From: Emiliania huxleyi CCMP1516
Taxonomy: Eukaryota
Assembly (NCBI RefSeq): GCF_000372725.1
Contig: NW_005201287.1
Location: forward strand, 651,081-715,080
Direction: 5' to 3'
DNA length: 64,000 nucleotides
This document shows, one piece after another, positions 34,117 through 45,478 of this stretch (the first letter of the stretch is position 1; every line of letters begins with the position of its first letter). Below the pieces are notes generated by a model that did not search any database, was not told the origin of the DNA, and worked only from the letters and a program-made list of their open reading frames with translations. The translations under genes were made by a program, and so were the position numbers.

Positions 34117-35315
34117 CCGACAGGTAAGACACAGGTCGATTTTTGAGCGGCGCTGTTCACAACAGCGAGTTTCTGTAGATCTAAGGTGCCTATTGGGCTT
34201 CCAGTATCGGACCTTCAAGACATGCGCTTTTGGCCGGTGGCCTCCTCGGACAGACAGTTTCTCAATTGAACGGGGCTACTCTCTCGAGGTTCTCGAGGTG
34301 GATATCCTTTGGCCGCGTTGGGTAGCGAGGATTGGTGTGACGCGATCCACGCAGGCGTGTTTTCTGGCGGCCGACCGTCAGTGCACGGAGTTGCCCCTTC
34401 TCCGACTGCCCCGGCTAGTTCCCGAGGCCGTCGGGAGTGACCCCTTCGCCGCCCGAGACCTAGCGCGGGTGGGTTGGAGGGGACTCGCTGCGGGGAAGGG
34501 GGCTGTGTAAGAAGCCGATCCCCGTGGTCCGCCCCGCTCCTCCCCATCGGGCCGCATGAGTGGCCGCGCCTCGCAGATTCGTTTTCGCGCCTGGGTCAGG
34601 CGCGCGGGGCATCCCCCGGGTCGCTCGACCAGCGATCCGAAGAGTGGCCGCTATGCGAGGGAAAGAGCGGGGCCCTCGACGCCTCAGTCCGGCCCTCCGA
34701 GGGGGGAAGGGAATTGCGGGGTCCCCACGGGCGCCTACAGAAGGCGCGAACGTCCCCACAGACCCCAGGCCCACAACCTGCTGCCGCGCCCCTTCCCGAT
34801 TTTTCTCTTTTACACGAGCAAGCGCGAGACCCCGGGAGAGTCGAGAGAGAACACCAACAACCAGTCACGGTACTACGTTTGTTTGGTTTTGTGGCACTGC
34901 GGTGGGCGCGCCCCCCTGCACACGCAGGTCACAGCTTCCATCTTCGCCCGCCCACTCGGAGGCACTCGCTCCCTTCGCCGCTCCCCTTCGCCCTTGCACC
35001 GCTCGTGACGTCGTTGCGAGAGACTGTGTCTCCTCGAGTCAGAGAGGTGAGAGGGGAGAGCCGTGAGTGAGTCTCGGGCAAGAGAGAGAGAGAGGCAGAG
35101 GCGAGACCGGGAGAGAGAGTTTACGGGAGCAATCAGCAGACGCGCTCGCGGGACAAAGGGGTGCGCGAGCAGCCGGTTGCCGAGGTCGAGCCACACGGAA
35201 GGACCCATGGGAAGGACGGATCAGCACCCGATATGAGCCACCCCCCGACGCCAGGTTAAAGCACTGTGTGCGCGTGCCGACCGATTTGCGTTTGGTTTCT
35301 CTAGAAGGCACACCA

Positions 35316-35324
35316 ACACGCACG

Positions 35325-35374
<50 letters not shown>

Positions 35375-35391
35375 CACACACACACACACAC
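35316..35391. repeat. (CA)n microsatellite
   Basis: Directly visible. Confidence 0.95.
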
Positions 35392-36010
35392 GAGCGAAGC
35401 GCACTTTGCGTGAGCCCCGCATCGACAAGTATATAGTACGTCCGTAGTGTGTCCGAAGCGCGCACACGATGCGATGCCTGCGATGCGCACACTATACGGT
35501 GTGGTTTTCGTGCGTGTAACCTCCGCGGACAGACTCTCGTACTACTCATGCCAAACATACACCCGCACAAGACTCCCCGGGTGGCGCCCCCGGGGCGCAT
35601 AGAGCATGCGGACATAGTACTAGCAGTGGACGCACGCCGGCGCGCGACACACCGAAGGAAGCGAGAGCGAGACGCACACTACAACAGGGACACGGCAAGC
35701 GGGAGAAGTGTACACGCACATTTGTGCGACCCTAAGCACACACACACACATCGGATCGGATCCGAGGTTTCACTGTGTGGCACACATGAGACATGGTCCT
35801 AAGGCACAATGGCGTTCCTGCTAGTGTCGCAGCGAGGCCGGCGAGCCGCTGCAGGCGAGCAGCAAGCGAGGCGCGACACAGGAGCGCGAGATGGATGGCC
35901 CCGGTGCAGCCGGTCGGGCGCACAGCGGGGCGGCGGGAGAGGTGCGAAGATGGCCGCCCGAAGGACGGCGCGTTCTTTGGCCGCCGCGGCTGGGTGGCCG
36001 CGGCGGCGAG

Positions 36011-37278
36011 TCACGCCTGCTGCGAGCGGAAGGGGCGCCACGAGAAGAGGGAGTGCGCCGGCGGCGGGCTGCCTCCGTGCCGCGAGTTGTTGTCGTCGAT
36101 CGGCACGCGCAGCACGGTCGGCTCCGCAACCTGAGGAGCAGCAAGCTCCCGCGGGTCAGCCCGGCCTACTCCCCCCAAAATAACACACGCACGCGCGCCG
36201 CCAGCCTCGCCTGCAAATCGGCGCTCATGATCCTGGACGGCGGCGGCGAGGCCGACGCGGGCGGTGGCGTCGAGACGCCGCTCGACATGGGGCTGCCCAG
36301 CTCGGTGGAGCCGGCTCGGGGCCGGAGCGGTCTCCCCCTCGACCTCCCGGCAAAGGAGGACGGCTTGAGCGCAGAGGCGGGCGGGCCAGGAGGCGGGCAA
36401 CCGACCCGGAGCACGGGGCAGGGGATCGCCGGGGGCGGGCGGGGCGGCACCGTGGCGCAGGAGGGGAGGGGCAGCTGCGCGCGCGAGCCCTTGCCGAGCG
36501 AGCCGATGCACCTCGCCGTCTCGTGCCCGCCCGGCCAGACGAGGAGGGGGCCGCAGGGCAGGCCGCTCTCATCGGCAGCGTGCGCGACGCGGCAGCCCGA
36601 CGCCTCGACGCGCGCCCGCTCCGTCGCCGAGTCCTGCACGCGGTGGCACTTTGAGAGGAGGATCGGCTCGGCACTCGCCGCCGACGCCATCAGCGCGACG
36701 CAGGAGCCAGAGTTGCAGGTGGTCACCTCGGCGCGGCGCTGGTTGAGGGCGCAGAGGACGAGCGTGCACGCCGCAGCCACGGACGCGAGCCGAGGGTGGC
36801 TCGCCTGCGCCTCGGCCTGCGCGCGCTGGAAGACCAGCCTCCCCGCGCGCCGCAAGGAGGCGCCGGTCGCGTCGCCGGCCGCATACTCGACCATGAGCGA
36901 TGCGAGGTGCTGAGAGCACCTGCGAGGGGCGAGCGGGGAGGAGGAGTGCTCGACGGGAGGCGTGGACCGCAACAGTGTGGCCGAGGGGCCGGCCGAGGCA
37001 GAGATGTGTGGGTAATACTCCCGCGAAAGCGGCGCTCACCAGAAGAGGATGGAGTGGGTGAGCTGCTCCGCCGTCTTGGACGCGGCAACGGCGACGGAAG
37101 GCACCGCCACCATTGAGAGCGTGACGGGATCCCCGCCAATGTGGACGGGCACCGACTTCGCCCAACCCCGGCAACCCGATGTTGGCGCCACCTGTGCGCG
37201 ACCTGTGTCCACCTGCCGCGGCGAGGGAGCGGGGAAAGCCCTCTCGACGGCGAGGATGAGGTCGGTGGTGGCAACCAT
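36011..37278 (-). CDS. PP2C-fold protein, probably a pseudophosphatase; multi-exon, 3' end uncertain
   Basis: ACTLVLC...TCNSGSCVA...LSKCHRVQDSATERARVEASG...GPLLVWPGG...ARCIGS follows the PP2C motif order. Confidence 0.65.
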
Positions 37279-38008
37279 CGGCTGGTCCTTCTACTTTAGT
37301 GGCGGCCAGCGGGCGAGAGACTTCAGCACACGCCCGGCGCTTTCATTAGCAGCCGACCAACCGGACGCTGCTCTGACTCTTCTGATGACCGAAGAGAATT
37401 GCCAGTTATTCCCCCCTTACTCGATTTTTCTGCGCACGACACTGGGCACGGGACTGCGCGCACTGGCACTAACACAGAGAACTTACCACGCCGCCAACTG
37501 CTCCTCCGCATGTCGTTCCTCCCCCCGGCCCCGCAAAAAAGGAAAAGCCCTTTCGGTTCGGCGTTCGCCTTAAATTTCACCGTTTTCTTCGAGTTTACAG
37601 TTTTCTGGCATCTACCTTCTACGATCTACGCACTATACGGCTGGGCCTTTTGGCTTTTTAAGCGGGACCGCACACGGCACATATACACGTACGACACACA
37701 CAACACACGTAGAAAGAAAATGTACAACGTCCCCGATCCGCACACACAGAGAGAGGTGCAGAACCGCGCCACTACGAGCTGGTTGGCCACCTCCACTGAG
37801 AGGAGAGCGGACACGGGGCATACACACGCACACTGACATGCAGACGGGTCAACAGCGGGACGGTTCCGAAAACTCCCGCGCCCTGCTCGCGCGCGCAAGG
37901 CCGCAACTAGCTCAGTTCCTACACACGGCTTGCGCCGGCGACCTGGTCCTCGGTGGCCGCTGGCGAGGGAGACCCCGCCGACATTTCCGCATGCTCTCTC
38001 CCTCCCCC

Positions 38009-38044
<36 letters not shown>

Positions 38045-38100
38045 CCCCCCCCTTCCCCCCTGCCCTCTGCCCGCCTCATGCCTTACTGGCATCCACCGGG

Positions 38101-38359
38101 TCAGCCGTCGTCGCGGTCGACGAGGCGCGCGAGGCGGTGGCGGACGGGTCGATGTACGGCATCCCCTCGTGGATGGTCGCGTCCAAGTCCTCGTCCATGG
38201 CGGCGGCGCCGTAGCTGTCTGGCCGGCGCAGCACGTTGAACTTTTTGAGGGTGAGGAAGAGGGCGGTCGAGAAGCTGCCCGTCCAGCAGATGATGCAGAG
38301 CACCTGCGCCGTGGCAAAGGGCGGGCAGGCCGGGTCGGGAGGTGTGGGGTGGGGGGGGC

Positions 38360-38410
<51 letters not shown>

Positions 38411-41082
38411 GGGAGGGCAGCATGTGTGTGTGTGTGTGCGTGTGGTGGTGCTGGTGGTGGTCGTGCTGTGTCGCAGGGGGGGGGGGGCGCCTGCACGACT
38501 GCCGACGGCGAGCAAGTCGCCATGCCCGCTGACGAGGCCGCCGCTCCCGCCGTTCCTCTCTGGGTAGGCGACCTGGGTCGCCGAGTCGATGGAGAAGATG
38601 GCGGCGCCTAGCGATGGTGCGAGCTGCTCTCACCGACTCGTGCTTGACGCGGCAGACTCGCCGACGGGCTGCGGCGCCGATGACGCCCCACGCGCCGCAC
38701 GCGCCGTGGACAGAAGACGCCTCGAGCGGGTCATCCACCTGCCAGAGGGGGGGGGGGGGGCGGAGAAGGGCTGGGGAGGAGGAGAGGGAGGAGGAGGGCG
38801 TGTGGTGCGGCGCGCGCCTTGAGCCGCAGCACGAGCTGCCCGAAGCCGCGGTTGACCAGCCCGCCGATCGCACCCACGATGAGGGCGCCCCAGAGGGGGA
38901 GGGTGGCGCAGCCGGCGGTGACCGAGACGAGGCCGGAGAGGATGCCTAGTTGGAGCAGCCTCCTCCTCCTCCTCCCCCTCTTCCCCAGGGCTGCTGGCAC
39001 CGGGGGGGCGAGGCCGGGCTCCCGTTTCACATGGCCCCCCCGCCATAACCCCGGCCCTTGCTGAAGGCGAGCGCCCCCAGNNNNNNNNNNNNNNNNNNNN
39101 NNNNNNNNNNNNNNNNNNNNNNNNNNNNNNNNNNNNNNNNNNNNNNNNNNNNNNNNNNNNNNNNNNNNNNNNNNNNNNNNNNNNNNNNNNNNNNNNNNNN
39201 NNNNNNNNNNNNNNNNNNNNNNNNNNNNNNNNNNNNNNNNNNNNNNNNNNNNNNNNNNNNNNNNNNNNNNNNNNNNNNNNNNNNNNNNNNNNNNNNNNNN
39301 NNNNNNNNNNNNNNNNNNNNNNNNNNNNNNNNNNNNNNNNNNNNNNNNNNNNNNNNNNNNNNNNNNNNNNNNNNNNNNNNNNNNNNNNNNNNNNNNNNNN
39401 NNNNNNNNNNNNNNNNNNNNNNNNNNNNNNNNNNNNNNNNNNNNNNNNNNNNNNNNNNNNNNNNNNNNNNNNNNNNNNNNNNNNNNNNNNNNNNNNNNNN
39501 NNNNNNNNNNNNNNNNNACACTCTCTCGCCCGATGCGTGGCCAGGCGAGCCCGGGGGGGGGGGGGGGGGGAGCGCCAGGCATCGGCAGCGGGACGCCGAG
39601 ACCGCCCTCGGGAAGCTTTTGGAAGCGGCCGTTGCGAGGGCCGATGATGACCGCCCCGCACAGCCCGGCGGTGCCTCCGGTCAGGTGGACGACGCCGGAG
39701 CCTGCAGCCGCACAGCGCCGCGGGTCAGGGGACGTGTCGTGGACGCGTCCCGTCGGGCTGGACACGTCTGGACCGGCGAAGTCGATCACGCCGCCCTGGA
39801 AGGCGTCCGCGTTGGAGGCGGAGAGCCAGCCCTCGGCGGACCAGACCCAGTGCACGATGACCGGGTAGATGAGGATGGTGATGAGCACCTGCGCCACACC
39901 TCACCAGCCCGCGATCAAGAAGGGGAGCGGGGAGGGCGGGGAGGACCTGGGGAGGACCTGGCGCCGCGTCGCAGCGCCGCGTGTGGAGGGGAGAGTGAGG
40001 GCGGGAGGCGGGCTCAGGCTCGGAGCTGGAGGGGGGGGGGCGGAGGAGGCGGTGCTACACTGCTGCGGTGCTGCACTGCAGCTGTTCCACCGTGTAGGAG
40101 AGGTAGGCGAGCAAGTGCGTCCGCTCCGCCACCGCGCCGGAGACGATGGTTGCTGCGGCGGCGGCGAAGGTCCACTGGAACCACCAGAGCAAATAGCTGT
40201 ACCTACTCATTCCTCCTCAGCCACAGGTGACGACGGTCCACTACTGGCGGGGGGGGGCCGCCGGGCCACAAGACGGGGGGACTGCGCGCCCCGGGTCGTC
40301 CGCATTCCTGTAGCCGGCCGTGAAGAAGGAGGAGGGGGAGAAGCCGACCTCGCCGCCGATGAAGCCGTTGCCGCCGTCGAATGCGACGGCGTGCCCCACC
40401 ATCCACCACAGCAGGCCTGCTCACGCGCCTGCCCGTGAACAGGCGCCCTTCACACCAGCGCCGCCGGCTCTGCGGCAGCTGCAGGCCGGAGATGCAAGCG
40501 TCGAGGAGGTTCCTGGAGGGGGGGAGGGGGGGAAGAGGGGAGGGGGCGGCGTCGGCGCGCGACGCGGCCGCCCACGCGGCGCGGGTCGCGGGCGGGGGAG
40601 AGAGGAGGAGAGGGAGGGAGAGGGAGGAGAGGGCGTGCGTGTGCGCACTTGAGCAGGATGGCTTGAGTCGAGCGGGAGGTGACCGACCCGGACTCGAGCA
40701 TGCCGAAGCCGCACTGCGGGGGCGGGGCGGTCGAGTCACACGCGGCCGCCCGCAAACGGGGTCGGGGGGCGAGAGTGGGTGCACAGCGCCGGCGTCTGTC
40801 GCCGTGAGCAGTGCGGTGCGCCACTGCGCAAAACATACAGTGTGGGGAAGCGAACTGGGTGGGAGGGTTCGGGTGGCGAACAACGGCCGGCAAGCTCGAC
40901 GAGAGGAGGCGGCACGCCTGCATGAAGAACACCATGAGCCCAGAGCACAGCAGGAAAAACGAGTCGCCCGTCGAAGCAGGGACGTACGCAAAGGACGAGC
41001 CAGGCGGAGCCGGCGGCGGCGGCGTGTTGAGACGTCGCTCGAGCGCCTCGATGCGCAGCAGCAGCTGCGCGGGGTCCGCCAT
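38101..41082 (-). CDS. AMT: Ammonium transporter (AMT1 type), multi-exon, spans a gap
   Basis: [24 protein letters not shown]...[13 protein letters not shown]...[44 protein letters not shown]. Confidence 0.95.
39081..39517. other. Assembly gap
   Basis: Run of N. Confidence 1.
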
Positions 41083-41451
41083 CGGCGCGCCCTTTGAGTG
41101 CCCGGGGCGGGGGGGATGAGTGAGCACCGAAGTGATGGCGGCGTTTGCTCCGGGTATTTCTTTTGCTTAGGCCGGCACCCCGCCGCTCCGTCGCCGGCGC
41201 GCGACACCGTCGGCCGGACTGTCCTCGTCGAGTGTATGCCGCCAAGGCGGGACGCACTCAGGGACAGTGCCGACGGGATGCGGCTTGCGGCTCGAACCTC
41301 GAAGGGCGACGCTCCCTCCCGACCCTCCCCCTTGGCACGGCGGACGGCGCTTTTGAATGAATATATTTTATCTCACGGGAGCGAAAAAGAATTTGACCAG
41401 CTCGCACGACGCGATGCACGGGACTGGCGCGCACTGGCATTAACACCGCCT

Positions 41452-41535
41452 GCGACTCCCGCGAGGGCGGCGAGGCACTTAGCTCCGTGCACTCGCCCGC
41501 CCCCGCCACAGGCAAGCTCATTCACAATCTGCTCT
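41452..41535 (-). mobile_element. 84-bp 3' remnant of the retroelement at 43149-43460
   Basis: Identical to 43149-43232 at 82 of 84 positions. Confidence 0.75.
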
Positions 41536-41795
41536 CACAACAAACTAACGCGTCTGCGTCGGCCGGAACGGCGCGGCGCGCGCCGACCACAGCGCGGCGA
41601 GAGCGCAAGTCTCACGTGACACCCTGCGCGCGTTCAACCTCGACGCGTGTGTGGCCGCAAAACCGCGTATAGGTGCCCGTCCCTAGCAGTCAGTCTAGCA
41701 GACTGAGGGCGCAGGACGGCATCTCGGCGATACCGGGCCGCTCGTTCGGCCACGTCCACGGGTCATGCCTATAGTCGGAGAGATCGGTCGTCTAT

Positions 41796-42860
41796 CTATC
41801 GAGTCGCTTCCGGGCGCGCGCGCTTCCTCGCCTCCTTGTCAGCTCCCGGCCCGAATGTCATGCCCACGAGGCGCTTCGAGAGGCCGCGGAGCACGCACGG
41901 GAGGAGGCACGTGTTGGCGCAGAGCGAAAACAGCTGCATGAACGGGAAGCAGACCCAGTCGCGGCAGCAACGCAGCGCGGCCTTGGCCTTGATGTAGGGC
42001 CGCTCCGTCACCGCAATCACGAGCGTCTTGAGGAGCTTGGAAGGGTCGGAGATGATGGCGGGGATGTCGGAGATCATGATGGAGTCGTTGAGCGACAGCG
42101 TGAGCGGAACGTCGAGCTCGAGCGTGCGCGGCCTCAGGACAAGATACGGCTCGGTCCAGCACGCGCATTCGCCGCCCTTGACGCAGCAACCGCCCGACTC
42201 GCAGCAAGCCGAAGGCGGCTTCTCCTTGCAGGAGGCGCACCAGTCCGTGCAGCAGCCGAGGGAGCTGAATGGCACCTGGATCTCCGCGCCATCGGCAAAG
42301 TCGAGGGACAGCTTCGCCACGAGAGGGCAGGTGATGACGAACTGGTACCCGACTGTGACGGTCCCGAGGATCGGGACCTTCTGCTTGATGGGCGTAGACT
42401 CGACGGCGATCGCGATGGACGTGCCCGCCTCGACGACGATGTTGTCGATCTGCTCGTTCCCGTCAATTGGGATCGACAGGTCCTCCTCGAACGTGTAGTC
42501 GAAGCTGCCGCCTTGCGTGATCAGCTCGATGAGCTTCATGATGTTGTCTTCCGACTTCTTGGCCTCTTCGGTGCGCACGCCTGACTTGAGCCGCATCTGC
42601 TTGACCTTGGCGCCGGGGCCGAAGGCCTCCTTCACCACCGGGCCAAGGCCGTCGGCCAGCGGAGCCGCGGCGGCGGTGACCACCGGCTGCATCTCGAGGC
42701 AATTCTCGGGAACCTTGACGAGCTCCGCGCGGACGTTTTCAACCTCCTCCGCCTCAACCACGCGAACCGGCCGGCTCGGGGGCGTGGCCTTCTGATTCTT
42801 CTCACGCTGCCCGGCGACGTACGTCTTTGACGGCTTGGGGACGGCGGGAATCTTCACCAT
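41796..42860 (-). CDS. Hypothetical intronless protein with beta-rich core and Cys-rich patches
   Basis: Long ORF with complex composition; ATG at 42860 (MVKIPAVP); CC-rich clusters. Confidence 0.75.
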   Translation of the reverse strand: MVKIPAVPKPSKTYVAGQREKNQKATPPSRPVRVVEAEEVENVRAELVKVPENCLEMQPVVTAAAAPLADGLGPVVKEAFGPGAKVKQMRLKSGVRTEEAKKSEDNIMKLIELITQGGSFDYTFEEDLSIPIDGNEQIDNIVVEAGTSIAIAVESTPIKQKVPILGTVTVGYQFVITCPLVAKLSLDFADGAEIQVPFSSLGCCTDWCASCKEKPPSACCESGGCCVKGGECACWTEPYLVLRPRTLELDVPLTLSLNDSIMISDIPAIISDPSKLLKTLVIAVTERPYIKAKAALRCCRDWVCFPFMQLFSLCANTCLLPCVLRGLSKRLVGMTFGPGADKEARKRARPEATR

Positions 42861-43148
42861 TGCAAGGGAGGCACGAAAGGAGGCGGAATCCAATCAGCAA
42901 TGAAAAAAGAATCTCACCGAGCCAACTGCGCTGTGCACTGTGCCTCTAATCGAGCTGAGACCGGCGGGGACATCTAGGGAGCCCTGAACGCTTCCGCAGG
43001 CGAAAGGACAAGACGATTTTTTCAAAGCTCTCTCGCACGACACGTGTGAGTGTTAGATTTGTTTGGTATTGCTAAAAATCTCTCTCTCACGGGGCACGGG
43101 ACTGGCGCGCACTGGCACTAATACAGGTACACCACGGGAGCCGCCTAA

Positions 43149-43460
43149 GCGACTCCTGCGAGGGCGGCGAGGCACTTAGCTCCGTGCACTCACCCGCCCC
43201 CGCCACAGGCAAGCTCATTCACAATCTGCTCTGCGATTGCCGTGTGAAGAACGACCGAGATACACGCTGCTTCTGCAGCCCCAGCCAATTCTTGGTGGTC
43301 CAAGTCACCTCATCGAGGTACTGGGCCCGCGTCAGCTTGTTCTGCAGCACGTTCGCCGCCTTCCAGAGGATCTCGCCGACCCCCTTCCCGAACCCGCCGA
43401 ACGATTCGAACAGCAGCAGCTGCACGTCGACGTCCTTCAAGAAACCCAAGGACACTGGCT
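43149..43460 (-). mobile_element. 5'-truncated non-LTR retrotransposon 3' end (restriction-like endonuclease C-terminus, CRE-like)
   Basis: LLLFESFGGFGKG...WTTKNW...KQRVS, then after a frameshift VVLHTAIAEQIVNELA..*. This resembles the FExFGG...QRxSxALH end of RLE-type elements. Confidence 0.6.
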
Positions 43461-43639
43461 GAAAGACAAAGAGAATTCTACGCCTCTTCGGACTCACAAA
43501 GGCACAGCAGGGGACGTGATCTTGTGCCAGCCCTCCAACGTGATAGGAACGAGTGTATCGCTTTGACGGATCGACCGTGCTTGTTATCAAGACTGATATG
43601 ACGTACACAGTGACACATCAGACGACACATCTTCTCTCA

Positions 43640-45245
43640 ACCCGCCGGGACGCAAAACGCTCTCGACGAGAGCCACAAGAAGGCGTCCGCACAGCAAGCC
43701 GCTCGTCGGGCAGAGCTTGCTCGGACGCTCGATAACGGCGAGTGCATGGCGCACGCCTTGGACGGTGGCGCACGCCTTGGACGGTGCCGCCGCCTGCCGC
43801 TCCCTTGCTCTCGCTGCTCGGCGCAGCTCTGCCCCCCTCCTCGCGGCATATTTTGGCCCCTCGAGTTTATCAAGCTCTCCTCGCGCAAGGACGACTCTTC
43901 TGACGCCACTGCGATCATTTGCCGCCAAGTCATATCGTTGCTCAGGTCCACTCTCTCTTCGAACACTTGCACCTCCACCGATGATGTTGGCGCTGGGGTC
44001 CCCTTCGGGCGCATCGTGACAGCTGACGACGGGATTACCACAGGTGTTTCGTCCTCCTCGGGGTCGTCTTCCCCGGCTTCCCCCGGTTCGGCTCTACGTT
44101 CAGTACGTTCGGCGTGGCTCACCCTCCATGCCGTGAACAGGCGCCCTACCATCCTATGTTCTTCTCTCGCTCCTCTGCCCGTGCCTTGGTCTTGTCGTTG
44201 TTTCGCGCCCATGTCTGTATGGCAATCGAGGCTGCCTTCCCCACTACCTGCAGTTCCCTCGTCACCTCTCCTGCGAGCTCCCCTCTCTTTCTTTCGGGTA
44301 TGGAGTCCGTGAGTGCGGGCAGCGTGCAGGCAATCACGGGCGCTATTTTGTCGTACTCCTCTTCGGCGAGCGCTCCAAATCTAGACCCCATTGCCTTTAA
44401 GGAGGCTGGCCTCGCGCGTCTCAAGAATGTCGCCGTGTCTTTTGAGTCAGGCGCCGCCCGTTCGACTCTTGCTGCCGCCCTCGCCGTGTGTTTGTCAAGC
44501 TTCCGCATGAAGTAACGCGCCTCTTCCTTATTCCCAGCGCATTTGCCGCTCAAGGTGCGCCAACAACGCCTGTGGTGGCTCACTGTCTTTTTGTGTCCAG
44601 TCGTCCCAGTCTCTCCGTTCTCCGATTCTCCTCCTTGCCTCGCGCGCCTGTTTTGCGGCCTCATCCCTAGCCGATTTGCACGCTCTGCAACCCCAGAACG
44701 CGCTCCTCGTGGCGGGGCCCCTCATTCCCCGTTTCTTTTCCCCCTCTAGAATACCGCCTGTGGTGTGCCCCGTGTGGCACCCCGGCCTGCTGTCTCACCC
44801 TGGCTCCCAAGATCGTTTTGGTCGTCACATTGTGTGACCCCCGACGTCGTCAAATGTCGCTCGTCTGTCCTTTCCCCCATTCTCATCTGGCAATCTCATC
44901 TTATTGTCCCATCGATGTTTGAGGCTGGCTACGGCCACTTCGCTCCACAGCCGTCCCGCCACCCCTGCCGTGTGCGATCCCGGCCTCACCGTCTTTCGAT
45001 ATTGTTCGCACACCCACTCGTGCGCGCTCTTACACATGTGTCCGTACGTCCGTCGGTCCACTATCTCCCTCTTCTCTGTGTCCTCTGCCGCCTCCGTTCG
45101 CACCCGTACCGTGTACAATGCATGGCCGAGTTCACACCGCGTCCCGCACCACTTTCGAGGCGTCCTCCGTGTCGTCATTTCCGAGGTATGCTGTCGCCAC
45201 CGCGTCGGCGTATGCGTTGCAGCCTATTCCCACGTGTGCTGGCAC
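43640..45245 (-). mobile_element. Degraded retroelement fragment (RNase H motif and CCHC-like finger)
   Basis: VPAHVGIGCNAYADAVA at 45245-45195 is the RNase H C-terminal motif. CRAC...LAH/LSGKC lies near 44690-44535. Frameshifts and stops are present. Confidence 0.55.
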
Positions 45246-45478
45246 CCTGTGACACCCTGTGTGCCAATACATAAATAAACAAAGTAATCAATAGAGCAGT
45301 CATCTGACATCTCCAGGAGAGATGGGCGACGCACGAACACAGAGGCACAGTGCGCAACAAACAACCCAAGGGAGGGATGCCTGTGTGCCGTCCCGCATTA
45401 CTTGGAGCACTTGGAGTGCAGTCATCAGCTCAGATTAGTGTTTTTCTTTCTTCAAGTCTCAGGCAGTAGTTGTTGATA

